Origin: Candidatus Zipacnadia bacterium
Lineage (GTDB): Bacteria > Armatimonadota > Zipacnadia > Zipacnadales > Zipacnadaceae
Length of the DNA: 34,936 bases
Direction: 5' to 3'
Assembly (NCBI GenBank): GCA_029819875.1
Contig: JALGVG010000001.1
Location: forward strand, 1 to 34,936
The translations under genes and the position numbers were made by a program. Below are positions 9,271-17,756 of this stretch, piece after piece; position 1 is the first letter of the stretch, and every line of letters begins with the position of its first letter. Under the pieces are notes generated by a model. That model was given only the letters and a program-made list of their open reading frames with translations, was not told where the DNA came from and did not search any database.

Positions 9271-10419
9271 TTATTCGTTCGCCACCTGGGGCGGGAAGGC
9301 GAAGTCCAGCCACTTGGCAGCGACGGCAGCTTGCTGGCAGTCACCGGCATGGAAGTACATGCGGAAGTTGAACACCAGGGCATCGCCCTTGGGGAGGGCC
9401 AGGTCGCCGCGCACTGACCAGTCACCGGTGAAGTCGTGCTTGCCCCACTGGTTGACGGTGAACAGCCCGTAGCCTCGCACATGCCAGGTAGTGGGGTAGT
9501 CGTAGTTGTCGGGATGGTCGAAGATCGCCACGCCGCAGGGCTGCTGGCCGATCCTTCCATAGTAGTCCACCCACGGTGCGCGCTTACCCCAGGTTTCACC
9601 TTCCCCGATGCCGCCGTAGGCGTTGACAATAGTGCCGGTTCCTTTGCCGTCGGCGTTCAGTTCAGGATTGAGGCGGATGGTGAGGGTGCCGGCTTCCTTG
9701 GTGTCTCCAAAGAATACGCCGCCATACTCCGCCCGCCAAATGATGCGCCAATCCATAATGCGCGCGTCGTCAGGGGTGTTGTAGACACGGATGCAATACT
9801 CTTCCAACATGAGGGGTTTGCCGTCAGCGTCGGTCCAATCGTTGACAGCGCACAGTTGGCCGTAGACAGGGCCGCTGGTGACGGACTTTTCGCGGTTGCG
9901 GCTATAGCCGTGGCCGGGTTCTTCGCTCCAGCAGTCCACGCCATTGACATCGCCCTGCGCGGTATACAGGGACTTGTGGTGGATGTGGTCGCCCTTGGAG
10001 CGATCATCGAATATCTCGCGGGTCATGTGCACGCCGCCCGGCCCGATGACCGGGTAGCAGTAAGGGCGCACGACGTTGGGGCCGGCGTTCCAGGTGGTGA
10101 ACAGCTCGCCGTTGACCGTGAAGTCCACGGTGTCGCCGTTGTCCTGAACCGCCACGTTGTTTTCTTGCGTCGTCTCGGCAGTGACCTTGAAGCGCTTTGT
10201 CTCGCCGGCCGCGATCTGGGGGACGATGAAAACCATTTCCTTGTCCGTGCACTGGGCCACGAGCTTGCCGACTTCGTTGCCTGCCTCATCAAGCTCCACC
10301 AGGACATGGTTCCCGGCGCACTTGCACTCTGCCTCACAAGGCACAGAGACTATGACATTGTTCCTATCGTGGGGGCCGGCGCTTACTTGCAGGATCTTGG
10401 CATCATCACAACACGGCAT
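9271..10419 (-). CDS. PmoA-family (DUF6807-like) beta-sandwich protein; not a methane monooxygenase
   Basis: Motifs RPYCYPV, DHIHHKSLY, WGKRAPWVDY, IFDHPDN and WHVRGYGLF. ATG 10419 follows AAGGAGGT. Confidence 0.78.
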   Translation of the reverse strand: MPCCDDAKILQVSAGPHDRNNVIVSVPCEAECKCAGNHVLVELDEAGNEVGKLVAQCTDKEMVFIVPQIAAGETKRFKVTAETTQENNVAVQDNGDTVDFTVNGELFTTWNAGPNVVRPYCYPVIGPGGVHMTREIFDDRSKGDHIHHKSLYTAQGDVNGVDCWSEEPGHGYSRNREKSVTSGPVYGQLCAVNDWTDADGKPLMLEEYCIRVYNTPDDARIMDWRIIWRAEYGGVFFGDTKEAGTLTIRLNPELNADGKGTGTIVNAYGGIGEGETWGKRAPWVDYYGRIGQQPCGVAIFDHPDNYDYPTTWHVRGYGLFTVNQWGKHDFTGDWSVRGDLALPKGDALVFNFRMYFHAGDCQQAAVAAKWLDFAFPPQVANE

Positions 10420-10600
10420 TATCTGCGAACCTCCTTTGTTATTGGAAACAGGCTCAATTGTGTCGTAATCAAGGCTTGCACGCAACAGCTGGTAATTCGC
10501 CGCCTGCGGCTGCCGTTCCTGCCTGGCGGCTAAGAAGGCGAATTTGCCCGCTGTTTATAGTATTGCGCCTGCAGGCGGCCGAGCATCAACGAGCGGCCAA

Positions 10601-11944
10601 TCACCGGGCCTGGGCCGAGGAGTCGGACGTCGGGCCTAGGGTAGCAGGGATCTTGCAAGTAATACGCGTGCCCTGCCCTTCTTCAGACCAGACCTCGATG
10701 GTTCCGCCGTGGGCGTCCACGACATTCTTGACGATGCGGGTGCCAAGCCCGGTGCCCATCGGCTTGGTGGAGACGGCCTCGTCGGTGAACAGCTTGGCCT
10801 TGACATGTTCAGGCATGCCGCTGCCGTTGTCTTCGCACTCGATGGCGAAGTAGCTGCCCTCGGGGAACGGGGCATCGGACGGGCCCAGCTTGATACGGAT
10901 GGCAATATGGGAAGCACCCACCGCTTCATCCAGGGCATTGAACAGCAGGTTGTAGATTAGGTTATATACTTGCTTGCGGTCACAGACGACCCGGGGCATA
11001 TCCGGCGGGCTTTCGACGACCACGGTGGTGCCCTGCTTTTCGGCTTGTGCACTCAGCAACGAGACGACACGCTGGGCCACCGATACCACGTCGGTCACCT
11101 CGAACTGCGGTTCGGCCACAATGCCCTTGACTGCGGCGGAGATCTCGGCCATGCGCTGCTGAACCGCCTGGCAGCCCTCGAGGATGATGGCAATCATTTC
11201 CGGGTAGATGGAACGCAGATCGTCAATGGCAGCAGTGAGGCGTTCACGGGTCTGCTCGTCGCCGATTTCGGCGGCCACCTCGTCCAGTTGCGCGAAGCAA
11301 TCATCGGCCACAAACTGCAAGGTCTGGGCGCCGGTTTCGGTGGGTGTTATGAGGTTCTTGACGTCATGGCTGATGTTTCCGATAAAGCGCATGATGGCGG
11401 CGAGGCGTGCTTCCTCGTGCAGGCGCGCGGTCTCCAAGGCGGCGGCGACCTGGGCGCCGACGATTTCCAGCAGGGCCACGTCGTACTCGTCGAACTGCCC
11501 GTCCGCCTTGTTGAGCACTTGCATGACGCCGATAGGCTTGCTTTCCACGCCCTTGAGGGCCACGGTGACCATGTTCTGGGTCACGTATCCGACTCGCTCG
11601 CCCACCTCGCGGAGGTGTTCCTTGCGGGTGGTGACATCCTCGGAGATATCACTTTCGCCGCTTTGGAAGACTTTGCCCGCGATCCCCTGGTCGGGGTCAA
11701 TAGCCAGCCCGGTCAACTGGTCGGCCTTCTCCCCGACCACGTACTTGAAGACGAGCTTGTTCTTTTCGGGGTCGTAGAGCACTATTGACCCGGCGCCGGC
11801 ATCCACGACCTGGAGGCTGAGGTTAAGTGCTTCCTGGACTACTTCTTCGAACTTGGTGATGGAGCTAAGACCCATGGCGATGCGGCGCACCGCGTCCAGT
11901 TGGCGCCTGAGCTGGGTCACCTGTCGTTGTAGCTGGTCACTCAT
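10601..11944 (-). CDS. Cytoplasmic GAF-domain sensor histidine kinase
   Basis: GAF domain (GIAGKV, GVMQVLNK, FDEYD); H box SHDVKN; N box NLLFNA; G boxes DNGSGM and GTGLG; no transmembrane segment seen. Confidence 0.92.
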   Translation of the reverse strand: MSDQLQRQVTQLRRQLDAVRRIAMGLSSITKFEEVVQEALNLSLQVVDAGAGSIVLYDPEKNKLVFKYVVGEKADQLTGLAIDPDQGIAGKVFQSGESDISEDVTTRKEHLREVGERVGYVTQNMVTVALKGVESKPIGVMQVLNKADGQFDEYDVALLEIVGAQVAAALETARLHEEARLAAIMRFIGNISHDVKNLITPTETGAQTLQFVADDCFAQLDEVAAEIGDEQTRERLTAAIDDLRSIYPEMIAIILEGCQAVQQRMAEISAAVKGIVAEPQFEVTDVVSVAQRVVSLLSAQAEKQGTTVVVESPPDMPRVVCDRKQVYNLIYNLLFNALDEAVGASHIAIRIKLGPSDAPFPEGSYFAIECEDNGSGMPEHVKAKLFTDEAVSTKPMGTGLGTRIVKNVVDAHGGTIEVWSEEGQGTRITCKIPATLGPTSDSSAQAR

Positions 11945-12990
11945 TGGCGCTTCTTCCTGTCATCGGGTGATGATCGGGCAGTCCCAGAGAAGGGTGAGGA
12001 GCCGCCCGTAGCCATCGTCATCCGGCTGGGCCTGGCGAGCAGTGCGCGCTGGCGGCATTGCTTGGCCACCTCGGGATAGCCGGCCTCGGCCGCCACCGTG
12101 GCCGCCATTTTCCACAGCTCGGCATTGTACGGATGGCGGTTGGCCGCCCCCAGTATTTCGGTCAGGCCGTCGCGTTGATAACCCATCAGGTACAAGGCAT
12201 ACCCGGCGGTGGCGGCAGCCAGCCCGTCTGCAGGGTCAATCTCTTCGGCGCGCTTGGCCAGTTCACGCGCATAATCAAGGTCGCGCTTTTCGCGGGTCAG
12301 CAGCATGGCCAGTTGCAGGCTTGCGGGGCCGAACTCCAGGGCGCGGCGGTACTCCTTCTCGGCCCCTGCAGTATCATTCATGCGCTCGAGCACATTGCCG
12401 ACGGCGTAGTGAGCGGAAGGGTCGTCGGGCGCGAGCTTGACCGCCTCCCTGGCTGCCTCCAGGGCCTGCCGGTGGCGCCCTAGGCCCATCAAGGCGGTGA
12501 CGAGGTTGAGCCGTGCGGCCAGCAGTTGCGGGTCAAGCCGGCTCGCCTTCCTGAAGTCGCGGGCGGCTTGTTCGAAGCGGCCGGCCAGCAGGTACAACTC
12601 GCCGCGCAGGTGATAGGCCTCGGCGCTGTCTGGTTTCAACTTCAGGGCGCGCTCTATCCACTTCTGCCCGGCCTCGACATCCGCCAATTTCAGGCAGGCC
12701 TTGGCTGCCTGGAAGTTGGCTTCAAACGAAGAAGGGTCAGCAAGGGCGGCACGCGTGAACTGGTAGTAGGCGTCGTTGTACGATCCCGCATCAGCATACT
12801 TGCGGCCCATCTGGAGCAGTTGTGCCACCGAGGCGTGCGCAGCACCAGTTGCGGTGGCGCTGCGCCGGCAACCGCACACCACCAGCCCGGCAGCGGCCAG
12901 CACTATGAGGCCGGCGATCATGTAACGGTTATGGAGGCGGGCTTGAGCCATTCTCACACTCGCACGCGCGTCGCTTGCCGACTGTGACAT
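11941..12990 (-). CDS. Tetratricopeptide-repeat protein with N-terminal hydrophobic/lipoprotein-like signal
   Basis: Repeated A..L.P..A.A..G TPR pattern; IAGLIVLAAAGLVVCGC segment; stop overlaps the kinase ATG (ATGA). Start uncertain (12999/12990/12951/12921). Confidence 0.8.
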   Translation of the reverse strand: MSQSASDARASVRMAQARLHNRYMIAGLIVLAAAGLVVCGCRRSATATGAAHASVAQLLQMGRKYADAGSYNDAYYQFTRAALADPSSFEANFQAAKACLKLADVEAGQKWIERALKLKPDSAEAYHLRGELYLLAGRFEQAARDFRKASRLDPQLLAARLNLVTALMGLGRHRQALEAAREAVKLAPDDPSAHYAVGNVLERMNDTAGAEKEYRRALEFGPASLQLAMLLTREKRDLDYARELAKRAEEIDPADGLAAATAGYALYLMGYQRDGLTEILGAANRHPYNAELWKMAATVAAEAGYPEVAKQCRQRALLARPSRMTMATGGSSPFSGTARSSPDDRKKRQ

Positions 12991-13072
12991 ATGCAGCAAT
13001 CATGCACACCATGATAACATGGAAGTTACATCTATCTTCGGCGGGTGAATTGAAAATCCTCTTGGCAATTGC

Positions 13073-13813
13073 CTAGCCGTTGAGCACTTCGATCAGGTCG
13101 TTGCCTTTGGCCACGTGGACGCGCGGCTGCTCGTCGCCCTCGGGCATCCATTCGATGCGCTTGACATAAGGCGGCTCTATCCAGAACTTGCCGATGGAGT
13201 GCCGCCGCTGGATGCCGCGGACAACCGCACTGTATATCAGCTCGCGTGCTTTCTCCGGGTGCAGGTGGATGGCGGCACCACGGTTAAGACCCTCCTTGAC
13301 GGCGGCCGTTTCAATGTCGGGCACCAACTGCCTGGCTTCCCTGCAGCAAGCCTCGTCACCGCTGACCATCACCACGGGCACATCATAGTAGGCACAAAAC
13401 AGCATGTTGCAGCCCAATTCGCCCAGCGAGATGTCGTTGATGGTCAGCTCGGCGACATTGATTGACCCGGTATGCCACAAGTGCCCGTCGAGGGTGCCGG
13501 CCTTGGCGTGCTGGCCGATTATGAGGGCGCAGTCGAACTCTGCGCTGCAGCCGAACGGATAGCGCAGCGGCCTTCCCATCAGCAGCCGGGCAGCGGGGTG
13601 AAGAAGCTCGGGGTTGATGGCCCCGCTGCCGTGGCCGTCCACCACCAAGATATCGTCAGCTCCCGCCTCCAGGCACCCGCGCACGGCGGCGTTGACTTCC
13701 TCGGTGCACAGGCGGCGGCCGGTTTCGTAGTAGCGCCCCTCGGGTCCTGTAAAGTCATCGAAGTTGGCTACTCCCGCCACCCCTTCCATGTCGGTCATGA
13801 TGTACACCTTCAT
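13073..13813 (-). CDS. M55 family D-aminopeptidase (DppA-like)
   Basis: MKVYIMTDMEGV, DGHG, IGQH, HT, GE, VSGD and VKEG motifs. ATG 13813 follows AAGGAGG. Confidence 0.92.
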   Translation of the reverse strand: MKVYIMTDMEGVAGVANFDDFTGPEGRYYETGRRLCTEEVNAAVRGCLEAGADDILVVDGHGSGAINPELLHPAARLLMGRPLRYPFGCSAEFDCALIIGQHAKAGTLDGHLWHTGSINVAELTINDISLGELGCNMLFCAYYDVPVVMVSGDEACCREARQLVPDIETAAVKEGLNRGAAIHLHPEKARELIYSAVVRGIQRRHSIGKFWIEPPYVKRIEWMPEGDEQPRVHVAKGNDLIEVLNG

Positions 13814-13852
13814 TGTGCTACCTCCTTGGACAAGGTGCAGATGCGTACAGCA

Positions 13853-13881
13853 AGTTTGTTTCCAATTGCACAAATTGTCAA
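13853..13881 (-). promoter_or_regulatory. Putative sigma70 promoter for the M55 gene
   Basis: Minus strand reads TTGACA-17 nt-CAAACT. Confidence 0.5.
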
Positions 13882-14044
13882 GGCGAAGTCGGCAAAGTGC
13901 AGCGGTCAGCGTTCCAGTACTCAAGGGAGCCTGCAGGGGTGAAGGTTTGCAGCGGGTGAGGAGGAACAAAGTCCGAGCTGAAACGGTCAAATCAACGTCT
14001 CGAGCCGTCGAAGGCGCCCGGCGCTTCTCGCAGCACCGGGTTTG

Positions 14045-14053
14045 TGTTAGAAT
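14045..14053 (+). promoter_or_regulatory. Putative extended -10 promoter for the lipoprotein-lptC-lptA unit
   Basis: TGtTAGAAT about 60 nt upstream of the start codon. Confidence 0.45.
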
Positions 14054-14114
14054 ACTGCGTGCTGCAGCCTACCGGGGCCACATGGATCATGCTTTCAGAA
14101 CAGGAGGAATAAGT

Positions 14115-14735
14115 GTGGGCGGCACCTTGAAACAGGCATACTTCGCGCTGCTTGCAGGAGCCATCATAGGCATCTTGCTCCTTACCGGTGGATGCGGCGG
14201 AAGTAGTGGGGGCGCCGGGGGGGTCAGCATCACCGGCATTGTCGCGGACGACGGAACACTGGACCCGATCGGTGGTGCGATGGTGACCATCGGTAGCCTG
14301 ACGGCATTTACGCTTGACAATGGTTCATTTGCCATAAACGGGGCACCGGCCGGAGCCGTGACCGTTTACGTTACGAAGGATGGATACGAGGTGGGCGTCT
14401 TTCCGGTAATGCTGGGGAGCGGAACCAACAACATAGGGACACTGTACCTCAAGCCCACCTTGCAGCCCTCATGCGGCAATGTCAGCGGCACGGTCCAGGA
14501 AGGGAGTGCGCCGGTGGCGGGCGCCATACTGGACTGCGGAGGGGTGAACGCCCGCTCAAAGGCTGATGGGACGTTTACCGTGTATAATGTGCCCGAGGGA
14601 GAACAGCTCTTGTGGGCACAGAGTGCCGACGGGCTGAAGACAGGGTACCGGCTGGTGGACGTGCAGGCAGGGTCGACACTGACCGGCCAGGTCGTGTTCA
14701 TCAGCTCGGGGCCGCCGCCGCCGCCGTTCGGCTAG
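14115..14735 (+). CDS. Lipoprotein with two carboxypeptidase-regulatory-like (prealbumin-fold) domains
   Basis: GTG follows AGGAGG; lipobox-like LLLTGGC followed by a Gly/Ser linker; two G.V....P..GA.......G.F....P.G repeats; C-terminal GPPPPPFG. Confidence 0.75.
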   Translation: MGGTLKQAYFALLAGAIIGILLLTGGCGGSSGGAGGVSITGIVADDGTLDPIGGAMVTIGSLTAFTLDNGSFAINGAPAGAVTVYVTKDGYEVGVFPVMLGSGTNNIGTLYLKPTLQPSCGNVSGTVQEGSAPVAGAILDCGGVNARSKADGTFTVYNVPEGEQLLWAQSADGLKTGYRLVDVQAGSTLTGQVVFISSGPPPPPFG

Positions 14736-14763
14736 CCGGTTGTCTACTCTCAAAGGGCAAGGA

Positions 14764-15444
14764 ATGGTGAATACCCGCAAACGCAGCAAGATGATAGTGG
14801 GGACGATAGCGGCAGTGGTGGTCGTGGCTGGGGTAGTGATGCTGGTGCGGCGGACGCCCTCCCCGTCCGTCCCTTCGGAGAGTCAACAACCCGGCGGCAC
14901 GGTGAAGGTCAGCCAGCCCGTCGTCAGCCACGCGGAAAAGGGGGCCCTGGCGTGGCAGCTTCAACTGCGGGAGATGAACATCTCGGCCGGCGGGCGAACC
15001 GTGGCCGCCCAAGGCCTGCGGGAGGGCCTTATCTACGACAGCGAGGGCAAGCCGATAGTGCGGGTGACGGCGGACCGCATCAGCGGAGACACCACGACGC
15101 GCAATTTCTCGGTGACCGGCAATGTAACAGTGACCACCCCCAAGGGGGTCGTGTTTTCCACCGACACCGTCAAGTGGATACAGGACGAGGGGAAGCTGGA
15201 ATGTCCGGGCCTGGTGACGATGCGCAGCAAGCAGATGACGGTCACCACGACGGGGCTGGAGTTTTACGTAAACCAGGACCTGGTTAAGTGTCCCAACTTC
15301 ATAAAGATGGTCAACGGCGAAAACACGCTGGTGGGGCGCAACCTGCGCTACAATATCAAGACCGCCAGCTTCGAGCTGGAGAGCGTGCAGGCGCTGTTCA
15401 ATGCCGAGCAAGTTCGAGCGCTGGCACAGGAGGCGCGCCGATGA
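14764..15444 (+). CDS. lptC: LptC-like LPS transport bridge protein
   Basis: Basic N-terminus, single TM helix, then a beta-jellyroll pattern (G.LAWQL, VTAD, VTGNVTV, TDTVKW). Coupled to the LptA-like gene. Confidence 0.68.
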   Translation: MVNTRKRSKMIVGTIAAVVVVAGVVMLVRRTPSPSVPSESQQPGGTVKVSQPVVSHAEKGALAWQLQLREMNISAGGRTVAAQGLREGLIYDSEGKPIVRVTADRISGDTTTRNFSVTGNVTVTTPKGVVFSTDTVKWIQDEGKLECPGLVTMRSKQMTVTTTGLEFYVNQDLVKCPNFIKMVNGENTLVGRNLRYNIKTASFELESVQALFNAEQVRALAQEARR

Positions 15445-16403
15445 GGTTGCTGCCGCGTAAAATAGCAGTCATTGCGCAGGCCGCCATGCTGGCCGCAGTG
15501 CTGGCAGCGGGGTTGCAGGTAGTGGTGGGCGAGCAGGGCCAGCCGGCCCAGGAGCAAGCAAAGAAAGAAGACCAAGAGGACAAGGTTCGCTTGCAGGCCG
15601 ACCATGTCCGCTACGATGCCGACGCCAAGAAATATATCCTCACCGACATACCCTCCGGCCAGCCGGGCGACGAGTACGAGCAGGTTATCTACAAGCACAA
15701 GGATGTCACCCTGTACTGCGACCGGTCGGAATACGACGAGGCCAAGGATACAGGTATTGCAATCGGGCACCTGAAGGTGACTGCCAAGGACGCGATCATC
15801 ACCGGCACGACCGTGACGGCGGATTTCGGCAAGAAGATCATCACTATCAGCGGCAACGTGGTTATCGTCGCCCAGAAGAAGCGCCCCCAGTCCCGGCAAC
15901 AAAGCAGCCACCAAGCCGGCACTGAGGCCGGTTCGGGCAACCAGGCACCCGCCGAGGGGCAAAAGACCCAGGCAAAGGGCAACCAAGAGGAGGGCCTGGA
16001 GAAGTACAAGTACAAGAAAACCACCATCTGGTGCGACCGCATCGAGTATCACTACGACGACAAGCAGAGGGTTGCCTACATCCGGGGTCCGCTGAAAGCC
16101 GTCCAGGAGGATAAGACAGCGTGGGCGGACAAGGCAATCTACCACGAGCGGGACGATATCCTGGAAGTGGAAGGCAACGTGCGGGTGGTAAGCAAGGAAG
16201 GGGATGAGTTCCGCTGCCCGCGCGCGGTAATCGCGCTGGACGACAACTGGATGGAAGTGGAAAGGGTGGAGGGGCTGATAGTCCGCAAGAAGAAAACGAG
16301 CGCCCAGGGCCAGGGGCAGGGCGGTCAAGCACAGGGAAGCAGTGCAACGTCCAGCGGTTCGCGTGCCGAAGAGAGCCAGCCTGCACCCAGCCCGCAGCAG
16401 TGA
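15441..16403 (+). CDS. lptA: LptA/OstA-like periplasmic beta-jellyroll protein
   Basis: Signal peptide; OstA-like strands (LQADHVRYD, LYCD, ISGNVV, ADKAIY, VEGNVRV); ATGA overlap with the lptC-like stop. Confidence 0.68.
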   Translation: MRLLPRKIAVIAQAAMLAAVLAAGLQVVVGEQGQPAQEQAKKEDQEDKVRLQADHVRYDADAKKYILTDIPSGQPGDEYEQVIYKHKDVTLYCDRSEYDEAKDTGIAIGHLKVTAKDAIITGTTVTADFGKKIITISGNVVIVAQKKRPQSRQQSSHQAGTEAGSGNQAPAEGQKTQAKGNQEEGLEKYKYKKTTIWCDRIEYHYDDKQRVAYIRGPLKAVQEDKTAWADKAIYHERDDILEVEGNVRVVSKEGDEFRCPRAVIALDDNWMEVERVEGLIVRKKKTSAQGQGQGGQAQGSSATSSGSRAEESQPAPSPQQ

Positions 16404-16480
16404 GACAAGGCAGTTGCTTTGCAGTGGGGGCGGCTGTTGCCAAGCGGCGGCGGGATAGGCGGCAGGAGGCTGCTTGGGAA

Positions 16481-17635
16481 TTACTTTTCGTACAAGCCGG
16501 CGAGGAATTCCTTGCGCAAGGCCAGGCGGATGGCAGTGACGACGGCCTGGGCGGTATCAGCAACAGACTTGTTGGCCAACTTGGCGTCGAAGTCGTAGAC
16601 CGTCAGGATGGGGTGGCCGGCGGCGCTGACGGTGTAATGGTCACCGTCTTGGCGGGCGTGAAACTCGTAACTGTCTGCGCCGTCGGCAAGCACCTGCGTA
16701 AGTTCGGCAACCATCCGCTTGCCGCGGGCCTGAGGGTCGGTGTCGCCGGGGGCCTGGGCGAAGCGGAACAGCTCTACGCCCCACAGTTTCAGTACCCAAA
16801 TCTTGTCGCTGCCGGGATCCTGGTCATCGCTGAGGGCTTCGACAACCGGCGGGTCCCACTTGGTGACTGCGCGGCGGTTGATGAAGATACCGGCATCTTC
16901 CAGCGCCTGGGTGATGTATACACAGCGGTCAACCGAAGGGGGATGGTCTTCCAGAATGCCGCCGTCAATCCGGACGGTGGCTCGCTCCTTGGCGGCCAGG
17001 CGCTCCATGAAGGTGAGCAGTCCGACGGGGTTGTACTTCGTATGCAGCAGATACTGAATGGCGTGCAGGTCGGCCTGCTTCTCGATGTCCATGGAGTAAT
17101 GGGACAGCACGCCGCGCGTCGCCAGGCCGCCGGCTTGCCAGACAGCCCAGGGCATTTCCTCGTTGCCGCCTACCATCATGGCAGCCAGCACGGCCGCCGC
17201 AGTAGCGATGGTCAGGTGCTGGGCGCGGTCAAGTTGCTTGAGGGCGTCGAAGGTGCAGTTGTGCGCCATTTCGTGGGCAATAACCGCGGCCAGCTCGTGT
17301 TCGGACTGGACGGCCTTCACCAGCCCCTTGTACACGTAGATGTATCCGCCCGGTACGCTGAACGAGTTGACCTCGTCGCTGTCGAGCAGTTTTATCTTGT
17401 ACTTGACATCCGGCCGCGGCGTATGGGGCGCGATCGCCTTGACCATGGCCTGGACCTGGGCCAGGACGGCATCGGCCTCCTTGCCGGTCCATGCCTTGTA
17501 TTTTTTGTCTATCTCGGCGGCAACCTCGGCGCCGATCCTGGCCTCGTACTGGGGGTTATACTTCTTGGCCAGGCACAAGGACTGCACCAGCAACAGCGCC
17601 GATATTACAACCAGACCGCGAACGCCGGCTCTCAT
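16481..17635 (-). CDS. Secreted M48 family zinc metalloprotease (BepA/YfgC-like catalytic domain)
   Basis: Signal peptide; VNSFSVPGGYIYV..GL, ELAAVIAHEMAH, EKQAD, HP...R. Confidence 0.9.
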   Translation of the reverse strand: MRAGVRGLVVISALLLVQSLCLAKKYNPQYEARIGAEVAAEIDKKYKAWTGKEADAVLAQVQAMVKAIAPHTPRPDVKYKIKLLDSDEVNSFSVPGGYIYVYKGLVKAVQSEHELAAVIAHEMAHNCTFDALKQLDRAQHLTIATAAAVLAAMMVGGNEEMPWAVWQAGGLATRGVLSHYSMDIEKQADLHAIQYLLHTKYNPVGLLTFMERLAAKERATVRIDGGILEDHPPSVDRCVYITQALEDAGIFINRRAVTKWDPPVVEALSDDQDPGSDKIWVLKLWGVELFRFAQAPGDTDPQARGKRMVAELTQVLADGADSYEFHARQDGDHYTVSAAGHPILTVYDFDAKLANKSVADTAQAVVTAIRLALRKEFLAGLYEK

Positions 17636-17726
17636 ATAGTATCAATCCTAAGTAGATGGTACTATTTATGACGCCCGGCAGGGCAAGAAGTTCCGCCGGA
17701 AGGGGGATTTGCGGGCGCCGGCAGGC

Positions 17727-17756
17727 TTGCCAGCAGCAGCGCGCTTGCGGTATGAT
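17727..17756 (+). promoter_or_regulatory. Putative sigma70 promoter for gltX
   Basis: TTGCCA-18 nt-TATGAT, followed by a 9-bp leader hairpin at 17764-17785. Confidence 0.55.

Noticed and set aside
9271-10419. Particulate methane monooxygenase
   Set aside because: Soluble beta-rich protein with no pmoB/pmoC nearby; the family name is a misnomer.
10484-10555. SRP RNA or c-di-GMP-I riboswitch
   Set aside because: Lacks the SRP helix-8 motif (CAGG-NNN-GNRA-NNN-AGCAG). It has GGGCAAA and UUACC but no P2 GNRA hairpin of c-di-GMP-I.
13856-13873. Rex operator (TTGTTTCCAATTGCACAA)
   Set aside because: Only one half-site matches, and the target gene is not redox-related.
13764-14114. Long N-terminal extensions given by the ORF track (also for 4940, 17792, 19375, 23936, 27082, 28491 and 34469)
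   Set aside because: Downstream starts have better RBSs or match the family N-termini; the extensions run through promoters or neighbouring genes.
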